Assembly: GCA_902797145.1 (NCBI GenBank)
Contig: CADBRR010000002.1
Location: 5,203 to 69,202, forward strand
Direction: 5' to 3'
From: an uncultured Eubacteriales bacterium
Lineage (GTDB): Bacteria; Bacillota; Clostridia; Christensenellales; CAG-138
DNA length: 64,000 bases
Made by a program: the position numbers and the translations under genes. The notes beneath the pieces were generated by a model. That model worked only from the letters and a program-made list of their open reading frames with translations. It did not search any database and was not told the origin of the DNA. Of the stretch, positions 1-10,426 are shown one piece after another; positions within the stretch are counted from its first letter, which is position 1, and each line of letters begins with the position of its first letter.

Positions 1-796
1 CTGTCCTGCATGGATTAACTATTGCCAGAAGAACTATCCTGAAATGATGGTAAACGTATCAACTTGTCGTTCACCTATGGAAATGTTCGCACCGGTTATC
101 AACGATCAGTTCAAGGATTGTGGCAAGAAGCACGTTCATGTAGCAATTATGCCTTGTACAGCAAAGAAATTTGAAGCAGCAAGGGATGAATTTGTAAAGA
201 ACGGTAAGCACGAAGTAGACTACGTACTCACAACACAGGAACTTGCTAAGATGATTAAGCAGGCAGGCATCGACCTTAAAGATATGGAACCCGAAGCAAT
301 CGACCAGCCCTATGGCATTATGACAGGTGCAGGCGTTATCTTCGGTGTAACAGGCGGTGTAACAGAAGCTGTTGTAAGAAGAGTAGCAGAAGATAAGTCA
401 GCAAACACATTGCGCCAGATTTCATACACAGGTATCCGTGGTATGGAAGGCTCAAAGGAAGCTACAATTAAGGTTGGCGATGCAGAATTGAGAATAGCAG
501 TAGTAAGCGGACTTAAGAATGCTGACGAGCTTATCAAGAGAATCAAGAACGGTGAACACTATGATTTCGTAGAAGTCATGGCTTGCCCGGGCGGATGCGT
601 AAATGGCGCAGGTCAGCCTAAGGCAGCATCAATCAACACAAGGAAAGAAAGAGGTCAAGCTCTTTACGGTGCTGATAAGATGTGTGATATCAAGAGTTCA
701 GATGAGAACCCGATAGTTGCAGAACTTTATAAGACTGTATTCAGCGATGAACACAGAAGACATGAGTTCTTGCATGTACATTACAATAACAAATAA
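1..796 (+). CDS. [FeFe]-hydrogenase catalytic subunit, C-terminal part (5' end lies outside the window)
   Basis: The frame is open from nt 2 (CPAWINYCQ...), upstream of the ORF-track ATG at 44. H-cluster signatures are present: CPAW (end of L1), MPCTAKKFE (L2), EVMACPGGCVNGAGQP (L3). Stop TAA at 794-796. Confidence 0.85.
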   Translation, partial: CPAWINYCQKNYPEMMVNVSTCRSPMEMFAPVINDQFKDCGKKHVHVAIMPCTAKKFEAARDEFVKNGKHEVDYVLTTQELAKMIKQAGIDLKDMEPEAIDQPYGIMTGAGVIFGVTGGVTEAVVRRVAEDKSANTLRQISYTGIRGMEGSKEATIKVGDAELRIAVVSGLKNADELIKRIKNGEHYDFVEVMACPGGCVNGAGQPKAASINTRKERGQALYGADKMCDIKSSDENPIVAELYKTVFSDEHRRHEFLHVHYNNK

Positions 797-818
797 TAAA
801 AAAACTTAACCCACTGAG

Positions 819-842
819 CGGGGAACAGTAATGTTTCCCGTT
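819..842 (+). terminator. Possible weak intrinsic terminator after the hydrogenase gene
   Basis: cggggaaca-gtaa-tgtttcccg forms a 9-bp stem with one G-U pair, but only TT follows. Confidence 0.35.
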
Positions 843-883
843 CAGGATAGTGGTGACTATCAAAGAAAAATAAGGAGTGCAAT

Positions 884-2026
884 ATGGATTTTACATTGTC
901 AAAGGAACATTTGCTTTTCAGAGAAATGATAAGGAAGTTTGCTGAAACAGAAGTAAAGCCGCTCGCAGAGGAAGTTGACGAGCAGGAACGCTTCCCGATT
1001 GAAACTGTTAAGAAGATGGCAAGATATGGTCTCATGGGTATAAAGTTTCCCAAGGAATATGGCGGACAGGGCGGAGATGCTCTTGCATATATCATGGCTG
1101 TTGAAGAATTGAGTAAAGTATGCGGAACAACGGGCGTTATTCTTTCAGCGCATACATCACTTTGCTGTTCACCGATTTATAATTTCGGTACAGAAGAACA
1201 GAAGCGCAAGTATTTGCCGAAGCTTCTCAGCGGCGAACATATTGGTGCATTCGGACTTACAGAACCGGGTGCTGGTACAGATGCTTCAGGTCAGCAGACA
1301 AAGGCTGTTCTTGATGGTGACCACTATGTATTGAATGGTTCAAAAATATTTATTACAAATGCAGGTCATGCAGATATATTCGTAATTTTTGCAATGACAG
1401 ATAAGAGCCTTGGAACAAAGGGTATTTCAGCATTTATAGTTGAGAGAAATTTCCCTGGATTCTCAATCGGTAAACACGAGAAGAAAATGGGTATCAAAGG
1501 CTCATCAACTTGTGAACTTATTATGGAAAACTGTATTGTTCCTAAGGAAAACCTCCTCGGTAAGGAAGGTAAGGGATTCTCAATCGCTATGGCAACACTC
1601 GATGGTGGTCGTGTAGGTATCGCAGCACAGGCACTCGGTCTTGGCGAAGGCGCAATTGAAGAAGCTGTTAAGTATGTTAAGGAAAGAAAGCAGTTCGGTA
1701 AGAGAATTTCACAGTTCCAGAACACACAGTTTAAGCTTGCAGATATGCATACAAAGATGGAAGCTGCAAGATTGCTCGTATATAACGCAGCACTCAAGAT
1801 GGATAGCGGCGAAAGATTCAGCGAAGAAGCAGCAATGGCAAAATTGTTTGCAGCAGAAGCAGCAATGGAAGTAACAACACAGGCAGTACAGCTCTTCGGT
1901 GGATATGGCTATACAAGAGAATATCCCGTTGAACGTATGATGCGTGATGCAAAGATAACAGAGATATACGAAGGAACAAGCGAAGTTCAGCGTATGGTAA
2001 TCTCATCTGCAATGGGCGTTAAGTAA
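884..2026 (+). CDS. bcd: Short-chain acyl-CoA dehydrogenase (butyryl-CoA dehydrogenase type)
   Basis: 380 aa, AAGGAG RBS. Typical ACAD motifs: [56 protein letters not shown]. Sits directly upstream of etfB-etfA. Confidence 0.9.
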   Translation: MDFTLSKEHLLFREMIRKFAETEVKPLAEEVDEQERFPIETVKKMARYGLMGIKFPKEYGGQGGDALAYIMAVEELSKVCGTTGVILSAHTSLCCSPIYNFGTEEQKRKYLPKLLSGEHIGAFGLTEPGAGTDASGQQTKAVLDGDHYVLNGSKIFITNAGHADIFVIFAMTDKSLGTKGISAFIVERNFPGFSIGKHEKKMGIKGSSTCELIMENCIVPKENLLGKEGKGFSIAMATLDGGRVGIAAQALGLGEGAIEEAVKYVKERKQFGKRISQFQNTQFKLADMHTKMEAARLLVYNAALKMDSGERFSEEAAMAKLFAAEAAMEVTTQAVQLFGGYGYTREYPVERMMRDAKITEIYEGTSEVQRMVISSAMGVK

Positions 2027-2054
2027 GGCATAGCAGGTCAGGAGGAAATAGATT

Positions 2055-2846
2055 ATGAAGATTATAGTTTGTATGAAGCAAGTACCTGATACGACCGAAG
2101 TAAGGATCGATCCGGTAACAAATACACTTATCAGAGATGGCGTACCGAGCATTATCAACCCTGACGATAAAGCAGGTCTTGAAGCAGCATTGACAATCAA
2201 GGAGCAGGTTGGCGGTACAGTAACAGTTGTTTCAATGGGTCCACCCCAGGCAGATGTTGCACTTCGTGAAGCACTCGCAATGGGCGCAGATGAAGCATAC
2301 CTCATCACAGACAGAAAGTTCGGTGGCGCTGATACAATCGCTACATCATATACAATTTCATCAGCAATCAAGATGCTTGATTACGATTTGATAATCGCAG
2401 GCAGACAGGCAATTGATGGCGATACAGCACAGGTTGGTCCCCAGATTGCAGAATCACTTGGTCTTCCTCAGGTAAGCTATGTAGAACGCATAGAGAAGAT
2501 TGAAGAAGATAAGATAACTGTAAGAAGACAGTTTGAAGATAGATATCAGATAGTAGAAGTAAAGCTTCCCTGCCTTATCACAACATTGAGCGAACTCAAT
2601 GAACCGAGATATATGTCAGTAGCAGGCATTTTCGGTGCATATCGTGAAAAGGAAGTAAAGAAGGTTACTTTCGAAGAAATGAAAGAGTATGTAAGCGAAG
2701 AAAGACTTGGCCTCAAGGGTTCATGCACAAAGGTAAAGCAGAGTTTCCCGAAGCAGGCAAAGGGTAAGGGTACAGTACACGAAGTTTCCGAAGATGAAGC
2801 TGTTGAAATCATCATGGCTAAACTCATCGAAAAGAACCTTATATAA
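2055..2846 (+). CDS. etfB: Electron transfer flavoprotein, beta subunit
   Basis: 263 aa. MKIIVCMKQVPD N-terminus and GRQAIDGDTAQVGPQIAE motif; AGGAGG RBS. Confidence 0.9.
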   Translation: MKIIVCMKQVPDTTEVRIDPVTNTLIRDGVPSIINPDDKAGLEAALTIKEQVGGTVTVVSMGPPQADVALREALAMGADEAYLITDRKFGGADTIATSYTISSAIKMLDYDLIIAGRQAIDGDTAQVGPQIAESLGLPQVSYVERIEKIEEDKITVRRQFEDRYQIVEVKLPCLITTLSELNEPRYMSVAGIFGAYREKEVKKVTFEEMKEYVSEERLGLKGSCTKVKQSFPKQAKGKGTVHEVSEDEAVEIIMAKLIEKNLI

Positions 2847-2867
2847 TGATTAAATGAGGTGAATAGC

Positions 2868-3884
2868 ATGGAAAATAAATACGAAAATATCGTTGTTTTT
2901 ATAGAGCAGAGAGATGGAGAAATCCAGAAAGTAGCTCTTGAAATTATCGGCAAAGCTCGTGAACTCGCAGAAAAGCTTAACTGCAAAGTTATAGGTGCAT
3001 TGATTGGTTATAACATCAAGGCAAAGGCACAGGATGTTATTGCATACGGCGCTGATGAAGTAGCTGTTGTTGATAATAAATTGCTTGAGCATTATGCAAC
3101 AGAACCTTATACAAAGGCAGTTGTAAAAGTAATCGAAACATTGAAGCCTGACATTGCATTGTATGGCGCAACAGCAATCGGTCGTGACCTTGCACCGAGA
3201 GTTTCAGGAAGAATACCCACAGGCCTTACAGCTGACTGTACAAAGCTTGAAATCGAAGAAGGCACAAACGCATTGCTTATGACTCGTCCTGCATTCGGTG
3301 GCAACCTCATGGCTACAATTATCTCAACAGGTCCCAGACCTCAGATGGCAACAGTACGTGCAGGCGTTATGAAGGCTATGAAGCGTGACGATTCAAGAAA
3401 AGGTGAAATTATTGAAATAGATGCAGGCCTTACAGATGCTGATATGAACGTTAAGATTCTTGAAGTTGTAAAGGGTGAAAATAAGAGCGTTGATATTTCA
3501 GAAGCTAAGATTCTTGTTTCAGGCGGTCGTGGTATTGGTAAGAAAGAAAACCTTTCAATGCTTCGTGAATTAGCAGATGAACTCGGCGGTGAAGTTTCAG
3601 TTTCACGTGCACTTGCTGATGCAGGATATGCAGAAAAGGCATTGCAGGTTGGTCAAACAGGTAAAACTGTTCATCCTAACCTCTATGTTGCTTGCGGTAT
3701 TTCAGGCGCAATTCAGCACCTTGCAGGTATGGAAGATTCAGATTTCATTATCGCAATTAACAAGGATAACACAGCACCTATCTTCGATGTAGCAGACCTC
3801 GGTATTGTTGGCGACCTTACAAAGATAGTTCCTAAGCTTACTGAAGCTATCAAGAAGTATAAGGCAGAAAATGCTGTAAAATAA
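2868..3884 (+). CDS. etfA: Electron transfer flavoprotein, alpha subunit
   Basis: C-terminal FAD-binding signature (ILVSGGRGIG ... VACGISGAIQHLAGM ... IIAINKD). The ORF track starts at GTG 2859, but ATG 2868 sits 5 nt after GAGGTG, so I prefer 2868. Confidence 0.9.
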   Translation: MENKYENIVVFIEQRDGEIQKVALEIIGKARELAEKLNCKVIGALIGYNIKAKAQDVIAYGADEVAVVDNKLLEHYATEPYTKAVVKVIETLKPDIALYGATAIGRDLAPRVSGRIPTGLTADCTKLEIEEGTNALLMTRPAFGGNLMATIISTGPRPQMATVRAGVMKAMKRDDSRKGEIIEIDAGLTDADMNVKILEVVKGENKSVDISEAKILVSGGRGIGKKENLSMLRELADELGGEVSVSRALADAGYAEKALQVGQTGKTVHPNLYVACGISGAIQHLAGMEDSDFIIAINKDNTAPIFDVADLGIVGDLTKIVPKLTEAIKKYKAENAVK

Positions 3885-3982
3885 TTAAAACAAAATTAAA
3901 TTCAATATGGGCTTCGGGCTTTTGCCTGTTGCCCATCATAAAGGGCATAAAGTTAGCTTTCGCTAACTATTAAGGAGGCAAA

Positions 3983-6900
3983 ATGCAGAAATTAAAACGA
4001 ATTACCGCCTTTGTTATTTCATTTTTAATGCTTATAACAATGATTCCGGCAAATGCAGTTATGGATGCAATTGAAGCAGAGAATATAGTTGTAAGAAGCG
4101 CAAATGAGAACGAGATAGACGATAACAATTATCCGGGCTATGATGTTGTAAACGGATTTAGTAGCAATTCTTTCATATTTTATATTGCTGAGTTTGGAAC
4201 AATGGAAGAAGTTACGGGTGCGAAAATCATTGTATACGATGTTGAAGGAAAAGAATATACAGCCGTTACAACTTCAGGCTTTGCTCAAATTGAAGGAATT
4301 GAAGACGGAAGATATTATGTTACGATAAGTAAGGACGGATATGATACACTTGCAACAGATATGGAATTGTTGCGTGGCGAATGTATGACTGTCCAAATTG
4401 CAAAAGCTGAAGATAACGTTCCTGTATTGTATGCTGAATGCGATGGAACCAATATCCTTGCAAAGCTCTCAAAGCATATGAAGAATGAGGGAAGCTTGTT
4501 TGTTAAGATTATAGCAAACAAAAACGAAAAAGATATTCGTTCATATAGGCTTGTCCAGAATAATAGAGTTATAGCTGAAAGCGAAACAGAAGAGTTTTTT
4601 GTAGATGCAGAAAATATAGATGAAAATGGAATAGTTTATATCGAACTTGAATATGAAGATAACAGCACATCAGTGCCTGTGAGAGCTTTTATAAAGACAT
4701 ATGAAGCTGATTCAAAGATTTTCGGAAGGAAATCCGGATATTTCAGGGTTGTTGATGGTAAAGTGGAATTTACATATCCAAATGATGGCTCTATATTGTC
4801 AGGAAAAAAATTTACGATAGATTTAGGATATACTCCGTTTGAAACACAGTTTAATGACGACGGAACATTCAAAATCGCAATTGGCACAAAAAACTTGTTG
4901 TCATCAGATAAACTTTTTGATTTGCTTAAAATCAGCACTATAACTGAAAATCTTGACACAGCACTTAACGCTTATATTGCAGCAACAGAAGCAGGAACAG
5001 TATCGCTTGGCTGGTCAGCAGAGCCTGTATTGCAGGTGTTCGGATTTGGCGAAGGATATGTTGATGATGAAGGTTATGTAATATGGACCGGTGGTAAAGT
5101 AGTAGTAAGAGTTGGTGTTGAAGCAAATGGAAAATGGCAGTTTGTAGCTGTTGCAATACCGGTTACAGCGGATATAACTATTGGCGCATATGCTGATGTT
5201 GGAGTAGCACTCAAAGTCGATGAAAATGATGAAATAGTTATCAATGATGAATTTGCACTTCATGCAAAGTTTGACGGAGCAATTGCGGCAGGAATATATT
5301 ATATCGCAAACCTTGGTGTATATGGAACTATGGATGTTGAATATAAGTATGTTCCAAAGGATAAGGAAACAACTGTAACAGCAACAGGGGAGTTTGGCGC
5401 AAGAGGTGTTATACTTGGTTTCCAGAATAGATGGCCATGGTGGTCAGGATCAAAAGTTATTTATAAGAATAATGGAACAAAACATGAACAGAATACAAAT
5501 GCGTCTAACCTTACGGATACTGATTCCTATACTATGACGGAGCGTGACTATATTTCAGCACAGTCAAACTGGAATGGAAGACCAACACGAGATTTGTCGG
5601 GTGTGAATACACTTATGGAAAATGTTTATACCGATACATTTACTGATATGGTAACTGTAGGTGGAAAACAGATACTTGTATTCCTTGCAGATAATGGAAC
5701 AAGAACGACAGGCAACCATATTGCGCTTATGTATTCTGTATACGAAAATGGTGTGTGGTCAGAACCTGAATATGTATATGATGACGGAACGAGCGATTTC
5801 TATCCCTCAATAGCTTCTGATGGCGAGAATGTTTATGTTGTATGGCAGAATATAAATGGATTGTTCGATGAAAATGCAACGCTTGAACAAATGTATACTG
5901 CAAGTGAAATTGCAATAGCAAGATTTGATGTAAAGAATAACAAGTTCGTTGATACAAAGAACATTACAAATAATAATATTGCAGATGTTAAACCGCTTGT
6001 ATATGTAGAAGGCAAAACTGCACATATAGTGTGGATAAGAAATGAGTCAGGCGAAATTTTTGAAGGCAATGACACAGTTATGTATTCACAGAATGGAAAG
6101 AGCGAACAAGTATATAAAACTCTTGACGGAAAAGTAATTTCATATACTCTTGGTAAAATTTCTGCAAATAAGGATAAGGTTACACTTGCATATTCAGTCG
6201 ATGACGGAAGCGGAAATGTAAGAAGTGACTATAAGTTCTTCAATGTTGGAATAAATGGTGCATTCTTCTTTAGAGAAAACGGAACGCTCCAATATACATT
6301 TGATGGTGAAAACTATTACGAAGTAGATACATCAGACGGAATAGATATTGGAAGTGACTACATAGTAGTTACAGATATGAGCAAGACTTATCTCGTATTC
6401 ACTGCAAGAGAGGAAAGCGGAAGCACGATTTATGTAAAGGTTTATGATGATGAAACAAATACATGGTCGGGTGCTATTAAAGTAAATGATTGCGATGGAT
6501 ATCTTGATTATCTTTCAGCAGTATGCGACAATGAAGGCAACATTATTTTTGCATTTTCAAAATCCGATATGATAGAACAGGATAATGACTTTGCACTTAG
6601 AACAGATTTGTGTACGATGAAGTTTACATCACAGGGCAATATTGAGATTGTAGGTGTATCATACGATGAAAACTATGCAGTTCCGGGCGAAATAATACCA
6701 TTAACAGTTTATGTTAGAAATAACGGAACAGTTAAGCTTGATTCATTTATTATAACAATTGACGGAGAAGGCTTAGAACCTTATAGCGAACTTATTAACG
6801 CAACGATCAAGCCAAATGAAGAAAGTGAATTTGTTATAAATTATCAGCTTCCGGAAGAATTTACAGGCAGAACATATTTTGCATATGCATTTGCATATGC

Positions 6901-8050
6901 ACAGGCAACAAACTGCTTGTATGGCAACTGTATGAGTGAAAAATATGAGATTTATATCGAAAGTACGGATATTTCAATGAATGTGCAAAAATTTGTTTCT
7001 TCATCGAACAATATTGTAACAGCAATAGTTTCAAATAACGGAGTAACACCTACAAGCGTTATATTGGAAGCAGGAATTATGGATTCAGAAAATTTCATAG
7101 ATGTAAATATTGAGATAGAAACTGAAATCATAATGCCGGGCGAAGCAGTTGTTGTAAAACTTAATGATAATGCAATAGCAAACCTTTGCGGCGGAAATGA
7201 TAATGCAATTTATTTCAATGCTTATCCGGGCGGAAACGTGTACGAATATGATTATGCTGATAATTCAGGAATTGCAGAGGGCGGAGATTACGCTTATGTA
7301 ACATATATAGATAGCGTTGATAATACTGAAATTGCTTGCAAAGCAACAGAAATACATCACAACGCTTTGTTAGTAGAAGTACCTGTTCATGAAGGATACG
7401 AGTTTGTTTGTTGGGATGGCGATGGAATTGATGTTACTGAAGATATTACCATAACTGCTATTTATGAATTGGGAACGTATGCGCTTAGCTATTTTGTAGA
7501 TGGAGAACTTTACAATCGTGAATATTATCAATATGGTGAAGAAATAGTTCCCATAAGTGAACCTGCTTTTGACGGAAGAATATTTAGCGGTTGGGGAGAA
7601 ATTCCCGAAACTATGCCAGGACATGATGTTGATATATTTGCTGTTACTGGTGAAACATTTAACGATGTAACGTTCGTTGATGGACTTGACGGAACAGTTA
7701 TTGAGGTTAAGTCGGTAGAATACGGTCATGATGTAGAACTCATACAAGCACCCGTTCATGATGGTTACGATTTTGTTGGCTGGGATAAAGATGGTAAAAA
7801 TATAATAACTGCAACTACGATAACGGCACTCTATGAAAAATCAACACCTGTAGAAACAGGAATAGTTGGCGATGCTGATGGAAATGGCGTTATTGAAGCA
7901 GCAGATGCAACAGTTATATTGAGATATGTTGCAGGACTTATAGAATATAAGCACTATACTTTTACTGATGCTGATAGAAACGGAATTGTAGAAGCGGCAG
8001 ATGCAACAAAGGTTCTGCGCCACGTTGCAGGACTTGAAAAAATAGGTTAA
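3983..8050 (+). CDS. Large secreted multidomain protein with three Listeria/Bacteroides-type repeats and a C-terminal type-I dockerin; no recognisable catalytic domain
   Basis: 1355 aa, AAGGAGG RBS. Sec signal peptide (MQKLKRITAFVISFLMLITMIPANA). CarboxypepD_reg-like segment (GAKIIVYDVEGKEYTAVTT...DGRYYVTISKDGYD). CARDB-like segments (PGEIIPLTVYVRNNGTVKLD; IVTAIVSNNGVTP). Three Flg_new-type repeats (~7330-7840: GYEFVCWDGDG, FSGWGEIPETMP, GYDFVGWDKDG). Duplicated Ca-binding dockerin (GDADGNGVIEAADATVILRYVAGL / DADRNGIVEAADATKVLRHVAGL, ~7861-8047). Confidence 0.85.
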   Translation: MQKLKRITAFVISFLMLITMIPANAVMDAIEAENIVVRSANENEIDDNNYPGYDVVNGFSSNSFIFYIAEFGTMEEVTGAKIIVYDVEGKEYTAVTTSGFAQIEGIEDGRYYVTISKDGYDTLATDMELLRGECMTVQIAKAEDNVPVLYAECDGTNILAKLSKHMKNEGSLFVKIIANKNEKDIRSYRLVQNNRVIAESETEEFFVDAENIDENGIVYIELEYEDNSTSVPVRAFIKTYEADSKIFGRKSGYFRVVDGKVEFTYPNDGSILSGKKFTIDLGYTPFETQFNDDGTFKIAIGTKNLLSSDKLFDLLKISTITENLDTALNAYIAATEAGTVSLGWSAEPVLQVFGFGEGYVDDEGYVIWTGGKVVVRVGVEANGKWQFVAVAIPVTADITIGAYADVGVALKVDENDEIVINDEFALHAKFDGAIAAGIYYIANLGVYGTMDVEYKYVPKDKETTVTATGEFGARGVILGFQNRWPWWSGSKVIYKNNGTKHEQNTNASNLTDTDSYTMTERDYISAQSNWNGRPTRDLSGVNTLMENVYTDTFTDMVTVGGKQILVFLADNGTRTTGNHIALMYSVYENGVWSEPEYVYDDGTSDFYPSIASDGENVYVVWQNINGLFDENATLEQMYTASEIAIARFDVKNNKFVDTKNITNNNIADVKPLVYVEGKTAHIVWIRNESGEIFEGNDTVMYSQNGKSEQVYKTLDGKVISYTLGKISANKDKVTLAYSVDDGSGNVRSDYKFFNVGINGAFFFRENGTLQYTFDGENYYEVDTSDGIDIGSDYIVVTDMSKTYLVFTAREESGSTIYVKVYDDETNTWSGAIKVNDCDGYLDYLSAVCDNEGNIIFAFSKSDMIEQDNDFALRTDLCTMKFTSQGNIEIVGVSYDENYAVPGEIIPLTVYVRNNGTVKLDSFIITIDGEGLEPYSELINATIKPNEESEFVINYQLPEEFTGRTYFAYAFAYAQATNCLYGNCMSEKYEIYIESTDISMNVQKFVSSSNNIVTAIVSNNGVTPTSVILEAGIMDSENFIDVNIEIETEIIMPGEAVVVKLNDNAIANLCGGNDNAIYFNAYPGGNVYEYDYADNSGIAEGGDYAYVTYIDSVDNTEIACKATEIHHNALLVEVPVHEGYEFVCWDGDGIDVTEDITITAIYELGTYALSYFVDGELYNREYYQYGEEIVPISEPAFDGRIFSGWGEIPETMPGHDVDIFAVTGETFNDVTFVDGLDGTVIEVKSVEYGHDVELIQAPVHDGYDFVGWDKDGKNIITATTITALYEKSTPVETGIVGDADGNGVIEAADATVILRYVAGLIEYKHYTFTDADRNGIVEAADATKVLRHVAGLEKIG

Positions 8051-8067
8051 TATAATAACTATTTTAT

Positions 8068-8097
8068 GGCAGGGTAAAAATTACCTTGCCCTTTTTT
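8068..8097 (+). terminator. Rho-independent terminator
   Basis: ggcagggtaa-aaa-ttaccttgcc forms a 10-bp stem with one G-U pair, followed by cTTTTTT. Confidence 0.7.
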
Positions 8098-8157
8098 ACT
8101 GTGTATGTTTGACTTATTCTTATTAAATGGTATAATAAAAAGGAAGGAGGAGGTATT

Positions 8158-9711
8158 ATGAGAAAAAGTAAAACCATTGCAGCGTTAGTGATAGTACTTA
8201 TAATGTTAGTAAGCGTTCCTGTAAGTTCAAGCAAATATATGAAGCGGCTTGAGGAAATAAATAATAAGGGACTTGCGTACCCCTCTTATGATTTTATTAG
8301 CAGGAAATATGGTGACGAACTTTATTCTGAAATGTTTAATTGGAAGCATAGCGATTATATTTACTATTTTGTCGATGATGGAATTTTAAATGTTGTTGTT
8401 GCAAACTCGACACCTGAACTTGGTGAAATGATTTATAGCGGAGCAATAAGTATATATAGATATGATGAAAAACTAAATTTTTTGCAGACTATAATTATTA
8501 ACACTGATAAAAACTTTGATTTGTGGGGAGGTTTTTTTCATAGCCAAAGCGGAGAAAACTATATAGCTGTCGGTTGCAAGAACGAAGAGTTTGACGATTC
8601 AAAAGAGGTTGTCAGAGTAATAAAATATGATAAAAGTTTTATAAAGAAAGGTTATTGCTCAATTTACGGAAATGAAAGTAATACTTTTAAGGGAATTTCA
8701 ACACCATTTGATGCAGGAAATTGTTCGATGTCAATGATAAACGGTACACTTATTGTTCATACATCGAGGGAAATGTATCCGATAGATGAAAGGATTCATC
8801 AGAGCGATATTACTTTTTATATAAATTCTGTTGATATGACAAAGATGGAGCATAAAATGGCATATGTAAGCCATTCTTTCAATCAATATGTTTTAAATGA
8901 TAGCGAGAATGTATATTTTATAGATCATGGAGATGCGTATCCACGAGAAATTGAGATTAATGGATATTTCAATTTCGGTACGAGCGAAGAATATAGCCGC
9001 GATATCAGCATATTAAAGTTTACAGGTATGGTGGGGGATAACGAAACAAGTTCCACAATTGGTGGTGCTAAACTTTCGCCTGACAAGATTATAACAGTTG
9101 GTACATCATCTCCGCATTATAACGAATTTGATGGAAAATTAGGTAAATCATTAGTAAAAAATATATATGCTTGCATAACGGATAAGGAACTTAAAAATAA
9201 TAAGTTTATATGGTTATCTTCTCTTAAACTAAATGGGAATGTAACAGCAGGCTCGCCACGAATAATTAACGTTTCAGATAAAGAATTTGCTGTTATTTAT
9301 AACGAATCAAATGGCAACAGTAACACAATACGCATTTTGAAAATTGACGATAACGGAAATATATTGCGAAATGTTAAACTTGATGGAATGTACTTTGCTG
9401 ATAATTCAGACCCAATAATTTATGGAAATAATATTATATGGGTATCACCGGATAGCGCAAGCCTTAATGATAATGTGAATTACCTTTATATGATACCGCT
9501 TGATGTTTTTAATTATCCGATAGGTGATGCAAACGGGGATTGGATTGTTGATAGTGCTGATGCGACAACGATTTTGCGTCATGTTGCTATGCTTGATAAA
9601 ATTGATGATGAAATGAAATATTCAGCAGATGCGGATGAGGATGGTCAGATAAGTTCTTCCGATGCAACAAGAGTTTTGAGAATCGTTGCAAAGCTTGATA
9701 ATTTACAATAA
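8158..9711 (+). CDS. Secreted dockerin-containing protein of unknown function
   Basis: 517 aa, GGAGGAGG RBS, signal peptide (MRKSKTIAALVIVLIMLVSVPVSS). C-terminal dockerin (GDANGDWIVDSADATTILRHVAML / DADEDGQISSSDATRVLRIVAKL, ~9520-9708). I do not recognise the N-terminal ~450 aa. Confidence 0.8.
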   Translation: MRKSKTIAALVIVLIMLVSVPVSSSKYMKRLEEINNKGLAYPSYDFISRKYGDELYSEMFNWKHSDYIYYFVDDGILNVVVANSTPELGEMIYSGAISIYRYDEKLNFLQTIIINTDKNFDLWGGFFHSQSGENYIAVGCKNEEFDDSKEVVRVIKYDKSFIKKGYCSIYGNESNTFKGISTPFDAGNCSMSMINGTLIVHTSREMYPIDERIHQSDITFYINSVDMTKMEHKMAYVSHSFNQYVLNDSENVYFIDHGDAYPREIEINGYFNFGTSEEYSRDISILKFTGMVGDNETSSTIGGAKLSPDKIITVGTSSPHYNEFDGKLGKSLVKNIYACITDKELKNNKFIWLSSLKLNGNVTAGSPRIINVSDKEFAVIYNESNGNSNTIRILKIDDNGNILRNVKLDGMYFADNSDPIIYGNNIIWVSPDSASLNDNVNYLYMIPLDVFNYPIGDANGDWIVDSADATTILRHVAMLDKIDDEMKYSADADEDGQISSSDATRVLRIVAKLDNLQ

Positions 9712-9718
9712 AAATGAA

Positions 9719-9752
9719 CCGATAGGGCATTAAATCCTATCGGTTTTGTTTT
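9719..9752. terminator. Intrinsic terminator between convergent genes
   Basis: ccgatagg-gcattaaat-cctatcgg is a perfect 8-bp stem followed by TTTTGTTTT. Confidence 0.7.
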
Positions 9753-9753
9753 A

Positions 9754-10284
9754 TTATCTTAAAAGTCTTTTAATTGATATAATAGCGAATATGTTTGTGA
9801 GTCCATCAAACAAAAGGCTGATTCCGATGAACACTGTCATAAGCTCAATACCTGAAGATGTGAAGATAATAATCAAAGCAAGAATTATTGTAATAATTGC
9901 TGTGATTAAATGAATGAACCACTTGTCATAACCATTTTCCTTAATATCAACGGCAAGCTGTAAATCATAAATGCCGTCAATAAGAACTGCGATCCCTAAA
10001 ACAACAGCGAATATGTTTACTATAAACGCAGGTCGTATAACAAGGAACAAACCTATGAACAATGAAACTACGCCACGGATAAGCTCGCTGTTCTTGGGAC
10101 CATCATACGAGTTTCTGCCCGAAAGATATGCGATTACATTGAAAAGTCCATATACAATGATAATTCCACCGAAAACATAACAGAGAATTTCAATGAAATT
10201 CTGCGGATTGAATATCATGATGAGGCCTAATACAATGTATGCTATGGACAGAAATAAAAACATCTTTTTGAATCTGTCGATCAT
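9754..10284 (-). CDS. HdeD/DUF308-family integral membrane protein
   Basis: About 6 TM helices with repeated G-rich DUF308-like motifs. The start is moved to the ATG at 10284 (MIDRFKK), which lies 7 nt after GGAGGG; the ORF-track start at 10305 has no RBS. Confidence 0.6.
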   Translation of the reverse strand: MIDRFKKMFLFLSIAYIVLGLIMIFNPQNFIEILCYVFGGIIIVYGLFNVIAYLSGRNSYDGPKNSELIRGVVSLFIGLFLVIRPAFIVNIFAVVLGIAVLIDGIYDLQLAVDIKENGYDKWFIHLITAIITIILALIIIFTSSGIELMTVFIGISLLFDGLTNIFAIISIKRLLR

Positions 10285-10387
10285 TTGTAAACCCTCCATT
10301 TTCAATTTTATAATCCTATTATAAATATTTTTGCAGTTTTTTTCAAGTGCTTTTAATATATATCCATATTTTTTTACAAATTAAGCG

Positions 10388-10419
10388 TAAATAAATAGGG
10401 AGAGTATTGTTACCCTCCC
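10388..10419 (-). terminator. Probable trpS terminator
   Basis: On the minus strand, gggagggta-acaa-tactctccc forms a 9-bp stem with one mismatch, followed by a T-rich tatttattta. Confidence 0.5.
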
Positions 10420-10426
10420 ACAAAAA

